A DNA stretch of 64,000 nt from NCBI RefSeq assembly GCF_000143415.4, contig NW_003314278.1:760371-824370 (forward strand). Direction: 5' to 3'. Both the position numbers and the translations under genes were made by a program. Below the pieces are notes generated by a model. The model was not told the origin of the DNA. It saw nothing but the letters and a program-made list of their open reading frames with translations, and did not search any database. Shown piece after piece: positions 1-10,151 of the stretch; the stretch's first letter is position 1; every line of letters starts with the position of its first letter. The stretch is from Selaginella moellendorffii (Eukaryota; Plantae; Lycopodiophyta).

Positions 1-702
1 GTGGCGTATCCCCAACCGAGATGTCAAAACATGAAATACCTCAGCCATAAATGCAGGACCATTATCCGAAAGAATCCGCTCTGGACAAGAATGCTGGAAC
101 ACCACTCGATTGAGGAGGAAGTATCCAACAGCAGTTGCAGAGGCACTAGCAAGAGCACCAACTTCCACCCAACGAGTCAAGTAGTCAGAAGCAATAATAA
201 CATACTCATTGCCAGCAGTCGATCGCGGAAAAGGTCCCATAAGATCAAACGCCACCAACTCAAACAGACGAGAAACTGCAATTGACTCTAACCGTCCTTC
301 TGCAGCACAAGGGGGAGTATTACGAGCTTGGCACCAAATGCAGCTACGCACATACCGGATAATATCACGTCGCATCTCTGGCCAATAGAAAGATCTGCGC
401 AGCTTCTCGGTGACACGACGGTGTCCCATATGCCCACCTAGAATAGAAGAATCATGGTAGGCATGGAAAAACCGCGGAATAAACACCGAAGGCACCACCA
501 GCCGTAAATGATCATCAGGATCCGTCCCCACAAAATAAAGAAGGTCATCTTCAAGGCGATATTGAGAATGTAAATGCCGAAAAGGCAAGTCATCAGCAAG
601 TGATGCAGGATTCTCAAACCCATCTCGAAGCCTTTGAATCCACGGCTCAATCTTTTGAGCCTCGCGAACCTCATCCAGAGAAGGTAGATCTTGCTCTACG
701 CC
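1..702 (-). CDS. Integrase, in frame with pol after a single TAG; truncated by the window edge
   Basis: Manual translation past the TAG at 703-705 gives HDSSILGGHMG...FYWPEM...CIWCQ (HHCC zinc finger) and LVAFDLMGPFP...SDY (core). Confidence 0.88.
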
Positions 703-2811
703 CTATGGACACTGAACGTCAAGGACAGCAACCGCCGACGGCACAGAATCCTCATCTAGAAAATCCACAGATGCTGGAACAACAGGTTCGTCAGAAACAT
801 GAGAAGTGAGTGGAGAAGGAAGAGGAGCTCGAGAAAGGGCATCAGCATCAGCCATAGAACTCCCTGGGCGATGAACAACATCGAAATCATATATCTGAAG
901 CTTCAAAGCCCATCGAGCCGTACGACCAACCAGGTTCTTCCGCTTTAATAATGAAGTAACAGCAGCATGGTCACCTTCAAGTAACGTCCGAGAACCATGT
1001 AAATATGCATGAAGTTTCTCGAAACCCCAGACTGCTGCTAAACACTCCTTCTCTGTCATGGAGTAGTTCATCTCCGCTGGTTGTAATGTACGGCTTATAT
1101 ATGCAATGGGATGGCGTTGACCAGGCACACTCGAGTTCTCTTGCATCAACACACCTCCAAGACCAATGTCAGAAGCATCCACGCGCAAAATAAAAGGTCG
1201 AGTGTAGTCAGGATATGCCAAAACCGGAGGAGTCGTCAATAGCTCTTTGAGATTCACGAACGCCCGCTCACAAGCGGGAGACCAGATGAAAGATGACGTT
1301 GATGACTTCAGCAACACTCGCAATGGTGTAGTGCGATCGGAAAGATGATCCACAAAACGACCGAGATACTGCACCTTACCCAAAAAGCGCTGCACATCAT
1401 TCACACACTTCGGAGTAGGGAACTTTAGAACAGCCACAAGTTTGTCAGGATCAACTTGCAAACCCTCACAAGAAATATGGTACCCAAGATAAGTTGTGTC
1501 CTTGGACCCAAACACGCACTTCGACCGCTTCAGCTTTAAACCAACATCGCGTAGCCGATCCAACACTTTACAAACATCACGAACATGCTCCTCCCACGTC
1601 CCCTCCGAGTGGATCAAGACATCATCAATGAAGTCAGCCGTCACCTCCGGCATATCGCAAAGAACCTCGTCCATCATCCGCTGAAAAGTTGCTGGAGCAT
1701 TGTTCAAACCAAACGGCATCACCAAAAACTCGTACAAACCAAATGGTGTACGAAAAGCAGTCTTAGGAATATCTTCTTCAGCCATCGGTACTTGCCAATA
1801 CCCAGAAGCAAGATCTAGCTTGGTGAACCAACGACTTCGCCCCAGACGATCCAAGAGATCAGCAGTGTGAGGAAGAGGGTACACGTCCGGGATCGTCACT
1901 TCATTTAACGGACGATAGTTGATGCAGAAACGAATACTCCCATCAGGCTTCGTCACAAGATGAGGTTCACATGCCCAAGGACTCCGCGACTTCCGAATAA
2001 CACCCTCCTCCAACATCTCCTTGACGTTTGCACGTAAAATCTTGATCTCCTTGGGTGACCGACGACGAACAGGAACCTTAATTGGACGAGCATCCCCAGT
2101 TGGAATGGGATGACGTATGGCAATCTTGGCCCCAGACGATAGGTCAAATTCAAAGAGATCAGAATACTCCTTCATGAGCTGGTCAACAGTTGCAAGACAA
2201 AGATCATCGGAGGGATCGGAAAAGGGAAGAGCAGAACAAGATGGAAACACAAGAGGAAATAGTGGGGGAACAAAAGTAATGGAAGTAGAGGTAGAAGTAG
2301 AGGGACGAAGAGGTACGGAAGTGAGAGGAATGGATGAAACATAAGGAAGTATGAGACAAGGGGGAGAAGCCTCAAAGTCACACTTGGCATGATTGTGCTG
2401 CAACCAATCCATACCAAGAATGAGGTCAAAAGCTTGACTCGGCACCACCCACAACGACTGCAACTCAAGCTCGAGATCGCCCACACGCACAACCAGGTCC
2501 GCCTCATCTCGTGCACATGCATGTGTACGGTCGTTGCCATAAAGAATGAAAACTGGATCCGCCGCACGACGCAAGTGTAGACGATAACGTGTGGCAACAG
2601 GTCGAGCAATAGAAGATAAACTCGAACCTGTATCAACCAACACGGAGAGAAGAATAGGAGACCTCTTGTTATAAAAACGAGCTTGGAAAGTAAGCACTGG
2701 ATGAACCGGTGCTGAGTGAACCCCTTGATGATACTCCCGAAAGAAAGATGGAGGGGTCACTAACTTATTCGCGCAAGGTCCCTCCATTACTCGCGCGACT
2801 CCTCGTTTCCC
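703..2811 (-). CDS. pol: Pol (aspartic protease, RT, RNase H) in the -1 frame relative to gag
   Basis: LVDTGSS protease; LDLASGYWQ, MPFGL and FIDD RT motifs; VDASDIGLG and EKECLA RNase H. Confidence 0.93.
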   Translation of the reverse strand, partial: GKRGVARVMEGPCANKLVTPPSFFREYHQGVHSAPVHPVLTFQARFYNKRSPILLSVLVDTGSSLSSIARPVATRYRLHLRRAADPVFILYGNDRTHACARDEADLVVRVGDLELELQSLWVVPSQAFDLILGMDWLQHNHAKCDFEASPPCLILPYVSSIPLTSVPLRPSTSTSTSITFVPPLFPLVFPSCSALPFSDPSDDLCLATVDQLMKEYSDLFEFDLSSGAKIAIRHPIPTGDARPIKVPVRRRSPKEIKILRANVKEMLEEGVIRKSRSPWACEPHLVTKPDGSIRFCINYRPLNEVTIPDVYPLPHTADLLDRLGRSRWFTKLDLASGYWQVPMAEEDIPKTAFRTPFGLYEFLVMPFGLNNAPATFQRMMDEVLCDMPEVTADFIDDVLIHSEGTWEEHVRDVCKVLDRLRDVGLKLKRSKCVFGSKDTTYLGYHISCEGLQVDPDKLVAVLKFPTPKCVNDVQRFLGKVQYLGRFVDHLSDRTTPLRVLLKSSTSSFIWSPACERAFVNLKELLTTPPVLAYPDYTRPFILRVDASDIGLGGVLMQENSSVPGQRHPIAYISRTLQPAEMNYSMTEKECLAAVWGFEKLHAYLHGSRTLLEGDHAAVTSLLKRKNLVGRTARWALKLQIYDFDVVHRPGSSMADADALSRAPLPSPLTSHVSDEPVVPASVDFLDEDSVPSAVAVLDVQCP
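2748..2811 (-). promoter_or_regulatory. -1 programmed ribosomal frameshift signal (slippery heptamer plus H-type pseudoknot)
   Basis: G GGA AAC at 2811-2805, 6-nt spacer, stem 1 UCGCGCGAG/CUUGCGCGA, stem 2 AUGGAGGG/CCCUCCAU. Confidence 0.85.
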
Positions 2812-3719
2812 GAATGCACCTCGGTATCCAAACCTTCCACCGCAGCAGCACCAACGGGACATTGCTGACGCCAAGGTCTCCACCCAGGAAATGGAGGTCG
2901 CCAATCCGGAAAGTGCCGACAACGCCGATAAGTATGACCAACTTCATCACACGCCCAGCAACGAACGTCACGGCCACGACCACGTCCTCGCCCTTGTCCT
3001 TGGACTCGAGTAGCAGCAGCATCAACCTCCATGGGAACAGGACCATCACTCATAGGAAGTGGAGCTGAAGGACGTGTAGCAAGAAGTGGAAGAGGCGACG
3101 TCTCATAACGTTGTGCCAAGCGAAGAGCATCGTCAAGAGTGGCAGAAGCAAGTGCATGCACAAGTCCGACAAGATCTTGACGAAGTGCTGGCCACAGCAT
3201 TCTTAGCTTGATCCGCTCCGACATATTTGGCTCCGCACGAAGCAAAAGACTTCGGAAATGAACGCCAAATTGCATCACCGACTCAGATGGCCCTTGGTGA
3301 AGATGATGCAATTGTTGGAAGGCATCATCACAATCGTCGGCGTGTCCGAAGGCGCGTTTGAAGACGTCCGGAAGAACACTCCAATCGCCACGAGTAGCTG
3401 CGCTCAATCCATTGTACCACTGCAATGCCGTCCCTTGGAGACATGTGGGGAACTCACGCAAACGTCGAGCATCATCCCAAGAATGATATGTGGCAATCAC
3501 CGTGAAGTGATCGAACCAATGGTACACATCATCCCCAGGATTCCCACGAAAGAACTCCGGCCGAACGCGAGGATTGGCACCAAAAGCAGGAGGAGTTGTA
3601 CCATGTGCCGTGAATGCTGCCATCAACTGAGTTTGGTTGTTCAATTGCAAGCGCATAGCATCAAGCAATTGAACCAACTGCTGCTCTAGAGTCAAAGGAG
3701 GAGATTGCGGATCGGCCAT
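2787..3719 (-). CDS. gag: Gag (capsid domain plus CCHC zinc knuckle)
   Basis: 310 aa ORF with LHQGPSESVMQF (retrotransposon gag motif) and CWACDEVGHTYRRC. Confidence 0.92.
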   Translation of the reverse strand: MADPQSPPLTLEQQLVQLLDAMRLQLNNQTQLMAAFTAHGTTPPAFGANPRVRPEFFRGNPGDDVYHWFDHFTVIATYHSWDDARRLREFPTCLQGTALQWYNGLSAATRGDWSVLPDVFKRAFGHADDCDDAFQQLHHLHQGPSESVMQFGVHFRSLLLRAEPNMSERIKLRMLWPALRQDLVGLVHALASATLDDALRLAQRYETSPLPLLATRPSAPLPMSDGPVPMEVDAAATRVQGQGRGRGRGRDVRCWACDEVGHTYRRCRHFPDWRPPFPGWRPWRQQCPVGAAAVEGLDTEVHSGNEESRE

Positions 3720-3940
3720 GAAAATGAATGAAAAAAAAAGAGCAAAAGAAGAGAAATGACAAAAAGCTGGAAAGAAATGGTAGATCTAGACAATGCAAAA
3801 AGCTAGATCTAAACCAAAATCCTGAAAGGAAAGAACAAAAGAAAGGAAATAGAAAAAGCTAGATCTAGACAATGCAAAAGCTAGATCTAAACCGAAATCC
3901 CAAATCCAAGCACTCCCCAGGGACAATCAAAGGTGCCCCT

Positions 3941-3951
3941 CATCTCCACCA
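3941..3951 (-). promoter_or_regulatory. Primer binding site complementary to the tRNA-Ala 3' end
   Basis: Minus strand reads TGGTGGAGATG 1 nt after the LTR-terminal CA; plant tRNA-Ala ends ...CATCTCCACCA. Confidence 0.75.
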
Positions 3952-3952
3952 A

Positions 3953-4122
3953 TGTGAGTGCATGGAATATGGAAAGGGAATACAGAAATGTGCATATCAA
4001 TTAGCTCAAAAACCCTAGTTTATATACAGGAGCGAGTGGTCTGGATTGAAACCAATCCGACGGCTACCAAAATCCACTATGCTAATATTAGTATACGGCA
4101 TCGTAGCCGTACACTTGGCCCT

Positions 4123-4126
<4 letters not shown>
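3953..4126 (-). repeat. 5' LTR (174 bp) of the minus-strand gypsy element
   Basis: Terminal inverted repeat TGTGAG/CTCACA, TATATAAA on the minus strand near 4018-4026, PBS immediately inside, abuts a (CA)n(TA)n tract. Confidence 0.8.

Positions 4127-4172
<46 letters not shown>
4123..4172. repeat. Compound (CA)n(TA)n microsatellite at the LTR boundary
   Basis: Directly visible in the sequence. Confidence 0.95.
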
Positions 4173-4173
<1 letters not shown>

Positions 4174-4329
4174 TGCTAGCATATGCTGCACAGTTTGCAA
4201 AATGCTGTTCAGGTTTTTTAATATATTAAAATCTAAATTAGAATAGTATCAAAGCAACAAATATTGTAAAGTTGATTATTCTATCTATAAAGCATTAAAA
4301 ATAAAGTTATTCACAAAAAAATGAATATT

Positions 4330-5312
4330 TATTCTCTTGGGGTAACCCATTAAACAGAATTCAAATCTCTATCAGTTTTGGATTTTGATCTGGTGATGGC
4401 ACCAAAATCACCTCATGTACACCTTGTCATTGGTTACATGAGCAAGAGCATTGTGTATTGCTACTTGGATAACCCAAAATCTTTTAATACCACACTTCTA
4501 TCACCATGGCAGCACAATTAACAAGAGATAGAACTTACTATTAGAGTCTAGCTAGCAATTAACACCCAATGTCCCAATCTCTACACCCATGAATTCACCT
4601 GGTAAAGAAAGTAAAAAACTTATGCAAATCTGCCATAATGAGAAGCATATGAGATGTGAATGCCTTCCTCTTGTGCCAGTGGCTGAGAAACTATATGTAA
4701 ACAATTCTTCAATGTGATGCCCAACATAATCCTCCTGGCACTAAGTATGACAATAAGCCCATCATAAAAAACATTACCATCCAAGCATAAACTCAAGCCA
4801 AGACCAATTGTCACAGCTACTACTGCAAGTTCTAACTCCTTCACTTTTGCATTCTCTAGAGCTTGTGCCACCACCTAAAGAACATAAAAGAACTCTCAAA
4901 ACTTCCATTGAAAGGAGAATAACTTACTTTGTCGATTGCTTGCTTGTGGTTTAGACATGCTGCTAGGGGTATCACACCACCATACTGTTGAAGCAACTCT
5001 GCCTTGAATCCAAAGAAATAAAACAAAACAAAATAAAAGTGAAGAGAGAAAAAAAAGTATTTGTGATCTCAGTGATTCTCCCAAAATCTTTCCATCACTA
5101 GTGACTTGATAAAAAGTTTGAGAAAATGCAATCTCACTACAAGAAAATCCACTTACAACAGTGGCTCCAGTGGCATTGTAGCTCATCTCAATTTTCAAAA
5201 CAGGCAATAGACCAGCAGCCACAACAAGAAAAGAAGGGCACTATATAGGAATTTGCACATTTGGGATGAATATGAGGTGCCATTGCCAAGGATTGGCAAG
5301 AGCACATGCCAT
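4330..5312 (-). pseudogene. Decayed, intron-retaining copy of organellar t6A synthase TsaD/GCP1 (Kae1/Qri7 family)
   Basis: Exon fragments VLKIEMSYNATGATV-VTSDGKILGE, AELLQQYGGVIP...HKQAIDK and VAVTIGLGLSLCL match the GIETSCDDT / GGVxP / VAVTIGPGLSLCL motifs. Stops and substituted conserved residues; the 3' boundary is approximate. Confidence 0.75.
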
Positions 5313-7229
5313 AGCTCACAAAACCCTAAATTGAAGGAAAGAGATTCAATTATAAGCTTGAATTACAACCTAAAGGCACCAATTGTCATGCATGTTGTCA
5401 TTGTAGACACTCTCCACTAAACTTTAGAACTTACCCTCTCGATTTCAGAGGGTCTTTATTATAAAAGGTTGAGTGTCAATACTAGTTAACATTTTGCATG
5501 TGACATGTGTTGTAGTGCCTTCTTCTCTCACCGCAGGCAATTAGTTGCCCCCCATTGGCGAAAAGTAAACATCAACATGATTATTTGCTAAAACGTGGTT
5601 AAAGAAATAATTGTTGTACAATTACCCCCCATCAGATGGCTGCCATTGGCTGGATTCGGTGGCCTAGAAAGTTTGGCAATCGTTCCTTATTATTATAGAT
5701 ATTTGGTTTTATCAGCAATTTATGGAAAGTATTTAGATTTGTTACTAAGGCATATCTACGAAATAGAGATTGTCCCAAACACGATGACACGATGTCCTAA
5801 AGATTAACTCTTAGGGCTAGGGTGAAAGCGCATGAGTTCCTCTAGAGGGGGAGGGGCAGGGGGTGTAATGAATTTCAAATGTATAATAGGGATAGTGGGT
5901 AGGTTGGGCATAATTGACCAACTAGAGGTACAATCTAACTCCCTCTTACGTGCTTATTCTTGTTAAGTGTCTGACTTGGGTCTAGTTCAAGCTCCATACT
6001 AGGCTAGCTAGTGGAGTGCCCATATCCTCATCTTATACCACTAATATGCTAAAATTGTGGCAAACTCCATTTAACTCCATTTTGTATATTAGTCTTGGCA
6101 TTAGGATGCTAAATGTCATAGGATTGTTCCTATGTTGCTTCTACTCTTGTTCCTTTGCTCCTTAGGTTATATGCTCAATAGCCTTTCTATGCTTCAGTTC
6201 CTTTCATTTGCTAATTGAACACTTGGGAGTTTGGGAGTATGGATTTTGGTTACTTTTTATATGATATTGTATGAGCTTGTGCTTGAGCTTGTATCTTTTG
6301 CACAAGTTTTTGCTTAGGCTTTTAAACAAGGCACATTAACAACTCAAGTTTACACTTTGAGTTAGCATATTAATATTTACTATAAGTTATTCTACGTTAC
6401 TGTGGGTAAATGTAAATCTCCCTTAGGTTTGTTATGAGTGGCAAATAGGTTGGTCCGTAGCTATTTAATACGGCACTAACGAATCATTTTAAAGCATGCT
6501 TATAAGTGGATCAATTAAGACTATGGGGATTAGTCTATTAGTTCAAGTAATCATTGTTATGCTCTCTCATACATTTTTTTTCAAGGTAGTGCAAATACAA
6601 GTTTGAGGTTTAGTGAAAGTTAAGATTAAAAAAAGAGTCATCAGAGACAAAGGATCAAATATGTAAATAAATTTTTTTCCATGAAAGATGATTTGCAATG
6701 AGTTGTGATCTCATTACTTATGTTCACAACATGCAATCAAAAATCCCTACCTTGATGCATGTAGGTATGATAGTTTTACAAGTGGTGAGTCGTGAGATGA
6801 ATAATGGTGAAGCACTAAACATTTTGTATAGGTTACTATTGAAAGGCTTAGGTTATAATGATCAATTTTTTTCCAAAAAACTTTGTTATTTCTCTTTAAG
6901 TAACTTGGTGTTAGATTAGTTTTGAGGTTGGTCAAAAAGAAAAAGGTATAAGTTTATATATATATTGTTAACAAAATTTGATGGTGTTTAGTGTTGTAAT
7001 TTTTATGTGAGACACAAATCCCTAATCCCCAAAGTGGAGTAGAAAAGGGTGCCACATGGTAGTGGCCGAAGTGGAAATCCAACAAACATAATATGTTTGG
7101 ACCAAAAACTCTAACTTAGAAAGTTGAGAGTGGGAGTGAAACTCCGAATGAAATGTTCGAGAGATAAGCATAAAGTAATTGGTGAATGAGTTTCTAAAAA
7201 GGGACACAAGGACTAAAACGTGGCAAGTG

Positions 7230-7722
7230 TTGTGACACATGGAAATGTCAGAAATGAGTCCAAGAAAGAGTCCGAGATGGAGTCTGATATGGACCTGAGA
7301 TAATCTGATATAGAGTTCAAGATGGACTTGAGATGCAATCTGAGATGGACTCGAAATGTAGTTCGAGATAGAGTTTGAGATCGACCCAAGATGGATTCCG
7401 AGATGGAGTCCAAGATAGACTTGAGATGCAATCCAAGATAGAGTTCGAGATTGACCCAAAATGGACTCCAAGATGGAGTTTGAGGTCGGCTCCAAGATGG
7501 ATCTAAGATGGAGTTTGAGGTCAAGGCCGGGAAAGAGACCAAGATTGAGATTGAGACTGAGTCCAAGACCAAGACCACGTCCAATACTGAGACCAAGTCC
7601 GAGACTGAGTCTGAGTCTGAGACCAAGATCAAGACCGAGTTTGAGATCAAAACCGAAACTAAGTCTGAGACCGAGTTTAAGTCTAAATCTGATTTCGAGT
7701 CCAAGGGTGAAAGCCCAAAGCA
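7230..7722 (+). repeat. Older degenerate LTR fragment related to the chromovirus LTR (hexamer array)
   Basis: GAGTCC/GAGACC/GAGATC-type hexamer array ending AAGGGTGAAAGCCCAAAGCA, as in the LTR near 15681. Confidence 0.7.
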
Positions 7723-8131
7723 ATTGTCTCCTAGACCCTCACCATGTCGAGGGTAGTGATTCAATTGCACAAACTAAATAATGTGACAAAAGGAAAGAAG
7801 GTTGTGTATAAAATCATAAATGGTCTATTAGTTTTTGTTGTGAATGTTTATGTAGCACACTTTATCTCTCTCCTCTTAAGCCAACTAGAAAAGGGGCAAT
7901 TGTTTGATGAGAGAGCCCTTAGTAGCTATTTTATCCCTATTTATCCCTCAAAGTTCCAAGTATCCATAGTGACAATATATCCAAATCTTATCCCATTATC
8001 ATATGCACTACACTCACCCCCCCTTTAGAGATGTCAATGTTCTCATTGACTATTGACTAACAACCCCTACTGAGCCAAGGGGAACCATCACCTCCATTTC
8101 CGCACTAAATCTACCAATCCTTCCATACACT

Positions 8132-10093
8132 TGTAAGGAACCAATTGCCTGAGGTGTCGTAAGCTAAAGGATCCCCGAAAGCATGACCAAAATGACAAAG
8201 AGTTCATCGGATGGGACCGAGTCTGAGATCGAGTCCAAAACTGACTCTGAGACCGAGTTCAAGATAGAGTCCAGAATCGAGTTTGAGGCTGACTCGGAGA
8301 CCGAGTTCGAGATGGAGTTCGAGACGGAGTCCAAAATCCGAGAATCGGGTCTGAGACCGAGTCCGAAGTCGATTCTAAAGTCGAGTTCGAGATCGGGTCT
8401 GAGATTGAGTCCGAGACCGAATCCGAAGTTGGGTCCGAGATCGAGCCCGAGACCGAGTCCGAGTACTAATATGGGTCAAGGGGTCAAAGCCCNNNNNNNN
8501 NNNNNNNNNNNNNNNNNNNNNNNNNNNNNNNNNNNNNNNNNNNNNNNNNNNNNNNNNNNNNNNNNNNNNNNNNNNNNNNNNNNNNNNNNNNNGTAGGCAT
8601 GGTGTTTCGCCCCAACATCCTAAAACAAGTGTTGCACCCAAGTGTAAGCCACAAATTTTTCCTTTCCAATTTGCCAGCTTACCTCGTCTATCTGTCCAAC
8701 ACTGCCTTGGCTTTTGCTAAGTTCCCTTGCCAAGGTTCTCGCCTATGGTACCAGCTCCTACTTGGTCTCAGCTACTCACTGCACGAGCAACAGAGTGTTA
8801 GCCATCCATCCACGGATTCCCAAATCACTCCCAATCCCCCTCCCCGGGTTAGACTGGACTTAAGGTTCGGCTACACTCCCCGCAAGCACAAATAGCCAAG
8901 CATGCCAAGCTTCCAGGTTCCTAACATCCCTTGGTACCACAAGACTTGATCATGGGACCCTCTAAATCCCAAGTCTTGAGTGCAACACTTGCTTCGGGAC
9001 ACCGGGGCGAAACACCGTGGCCTAGCGGCCCGGTATGGGTACCTCTACCCCCCCACTTCCATCCCGAAGGAAGGCCTAAGCCCCTAGGCAGGGCAAGGAC
9101 CAATGAGCCGCATGGTACTCAAGTGGGGCACCACTCCACCTGAGCCGGGAGCACCGCAATCGGTTTCCCTTTCAAGAGTGGGAGCTGCTCTTGAGCACTT
9201 CCTTGGATGGCCCCTCCGGCACCAACCAGGTCCATGCTCACCCCCACCCAAGGCCCCTCGGTCCCAGTCTCAACCTCAAGTCGGTTTGGAAGCCCCACTG
9301 GAGAGTCCCTTCAAAACTGGTTCCTGGACCTCACTATCCCTACTATACTTTTGGAACCCCCTGCAGCCCCCCCCCCCCCCCTGGGAGACGCACGCTTTGG
9401 GCTTTCACCCCTTGACCCGTATTAGTATTTGGACTTAGTCTCTGGCTCGATCTCGGACCCGATTTCGGATCCGACTTCGGACCCGACCTCGGACTCGACC
9501 TCGGACTCGGTCTCAGACCCGATTTTGGATCTCGGACTCCGTCTCAAACTCGGTCTCGAACTCGGACTCGAACTCGGTCCCCGAGTCGGTCTTGGACTCG
9601 ATTCCGGACTCTATCTTGAACTCGGTCTCCGAGTCGGTCTTGGACTCGATCTTCGACTTGGTCCCATCCGATGAACTCTTTGTCATTTTGGTCATGCTTT
9701 CGGGGTTCCTTTACCCTACGACACCTCGGCGAGTTGGTTCCTTACACCAAGGCTTGGGATTTAGAGGGTCCCATGATCAAGTTTTGTTGTACCAAGGGAT
9801 GTTAAGAACCTGGAGGCTTGGTGTGCTTGGTTGCTTGTGCCTGCGGGGAGTGTAGTCGAACCTTAAGTCCAGTCTAACCCGGGGAGGGGGATTGGGAAAG
9901 ATTTGGGAATCCGTGGATGGATGGCTAATGCTCCGTTGCTCGTGCAGTAAGTAGCTGAAACCAAGTAAGACCAAGTAGAAGCTGGTACAATAAGTGGGAA
10001 CTTTGGCGAAGGAACTTAGCGAAAGCCAAAGCAGTGTTGGTCGGATAGACAAGGTAAGCTGGCAAATTGGAAAGGAAAAATTTGTGGCTTACA
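8132..10093 (+). repeat. 5' LTR, interrupted by an assembly gap (8493-8592) and an antisense solo LTR
   Basis: TGTAAGG...GGCTTACA ends; colinear with the 3' LTR on both sides of the insertion. Confidence 0.88.
8643..9746 (-). mobile_element. Solo LTR of the same family inserted antisense, TSD CCAAG
   Basis: Close match to the reverse complement of 15336-16468. CCAAG at 8638-8642 and 9747-9751; single CCAAG at the equivalent empty site in the 3' LTR. Confidence 0.9.
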
Positions 10094-10096
10094 ATT

Positions 10097-10109
10097 TGGT
10101 ATCGGAGCC
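10097..10109 (+). promoter_or_regulatory. Primer binding site (initiator tRNA-Met)
   Basis: TGGTATCGGAGCC 3 nt after the LTR end; one mismatch to TGGTATCAGAGC. Confidence 0.85.
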
Positions 10110-10151
10110 TTTTCCTCAGTTCTAGCGAAGGATAGAGACGAATTGTTGGGA

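Larger units (their letters stand above)
1..4126 (-). mobile_element. Ty3/gypsy LTR retrotransposon (5' LTR, gag, pol; 3' part runs out of the window)
   Basis: LTR with TGTGAG...CTCACA ends, then PBS, gag with CCHC knuckle, and pol in PR-RT-RH-IN order. Confidence 0.95.

Noticed and set aside
2812-2922. Upstream start of the 739 aa pol ORF given in the ORF track
   Set aside because: It overlaps gag in the -1 frame; entry through the slippery site at 2811-2805 is the better explanation
5400-7020. Short ORFs in AT-rich sequence
   Set aside because: No recognisable motifs; appears to be decayed repeat DNA
8493-8592. 100-N run
   Set aside because: Assembly gap of nominal size; by comparison with the 3' LTR it hides roughly 400 bp of LTR
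7022-9855. ORFs of repetitive SETEFE / LGLRLG / RLSPRP peptides
   Set aside because: By-products of the stop-poor hexamer array in the LTRs; open in several frames on both strands
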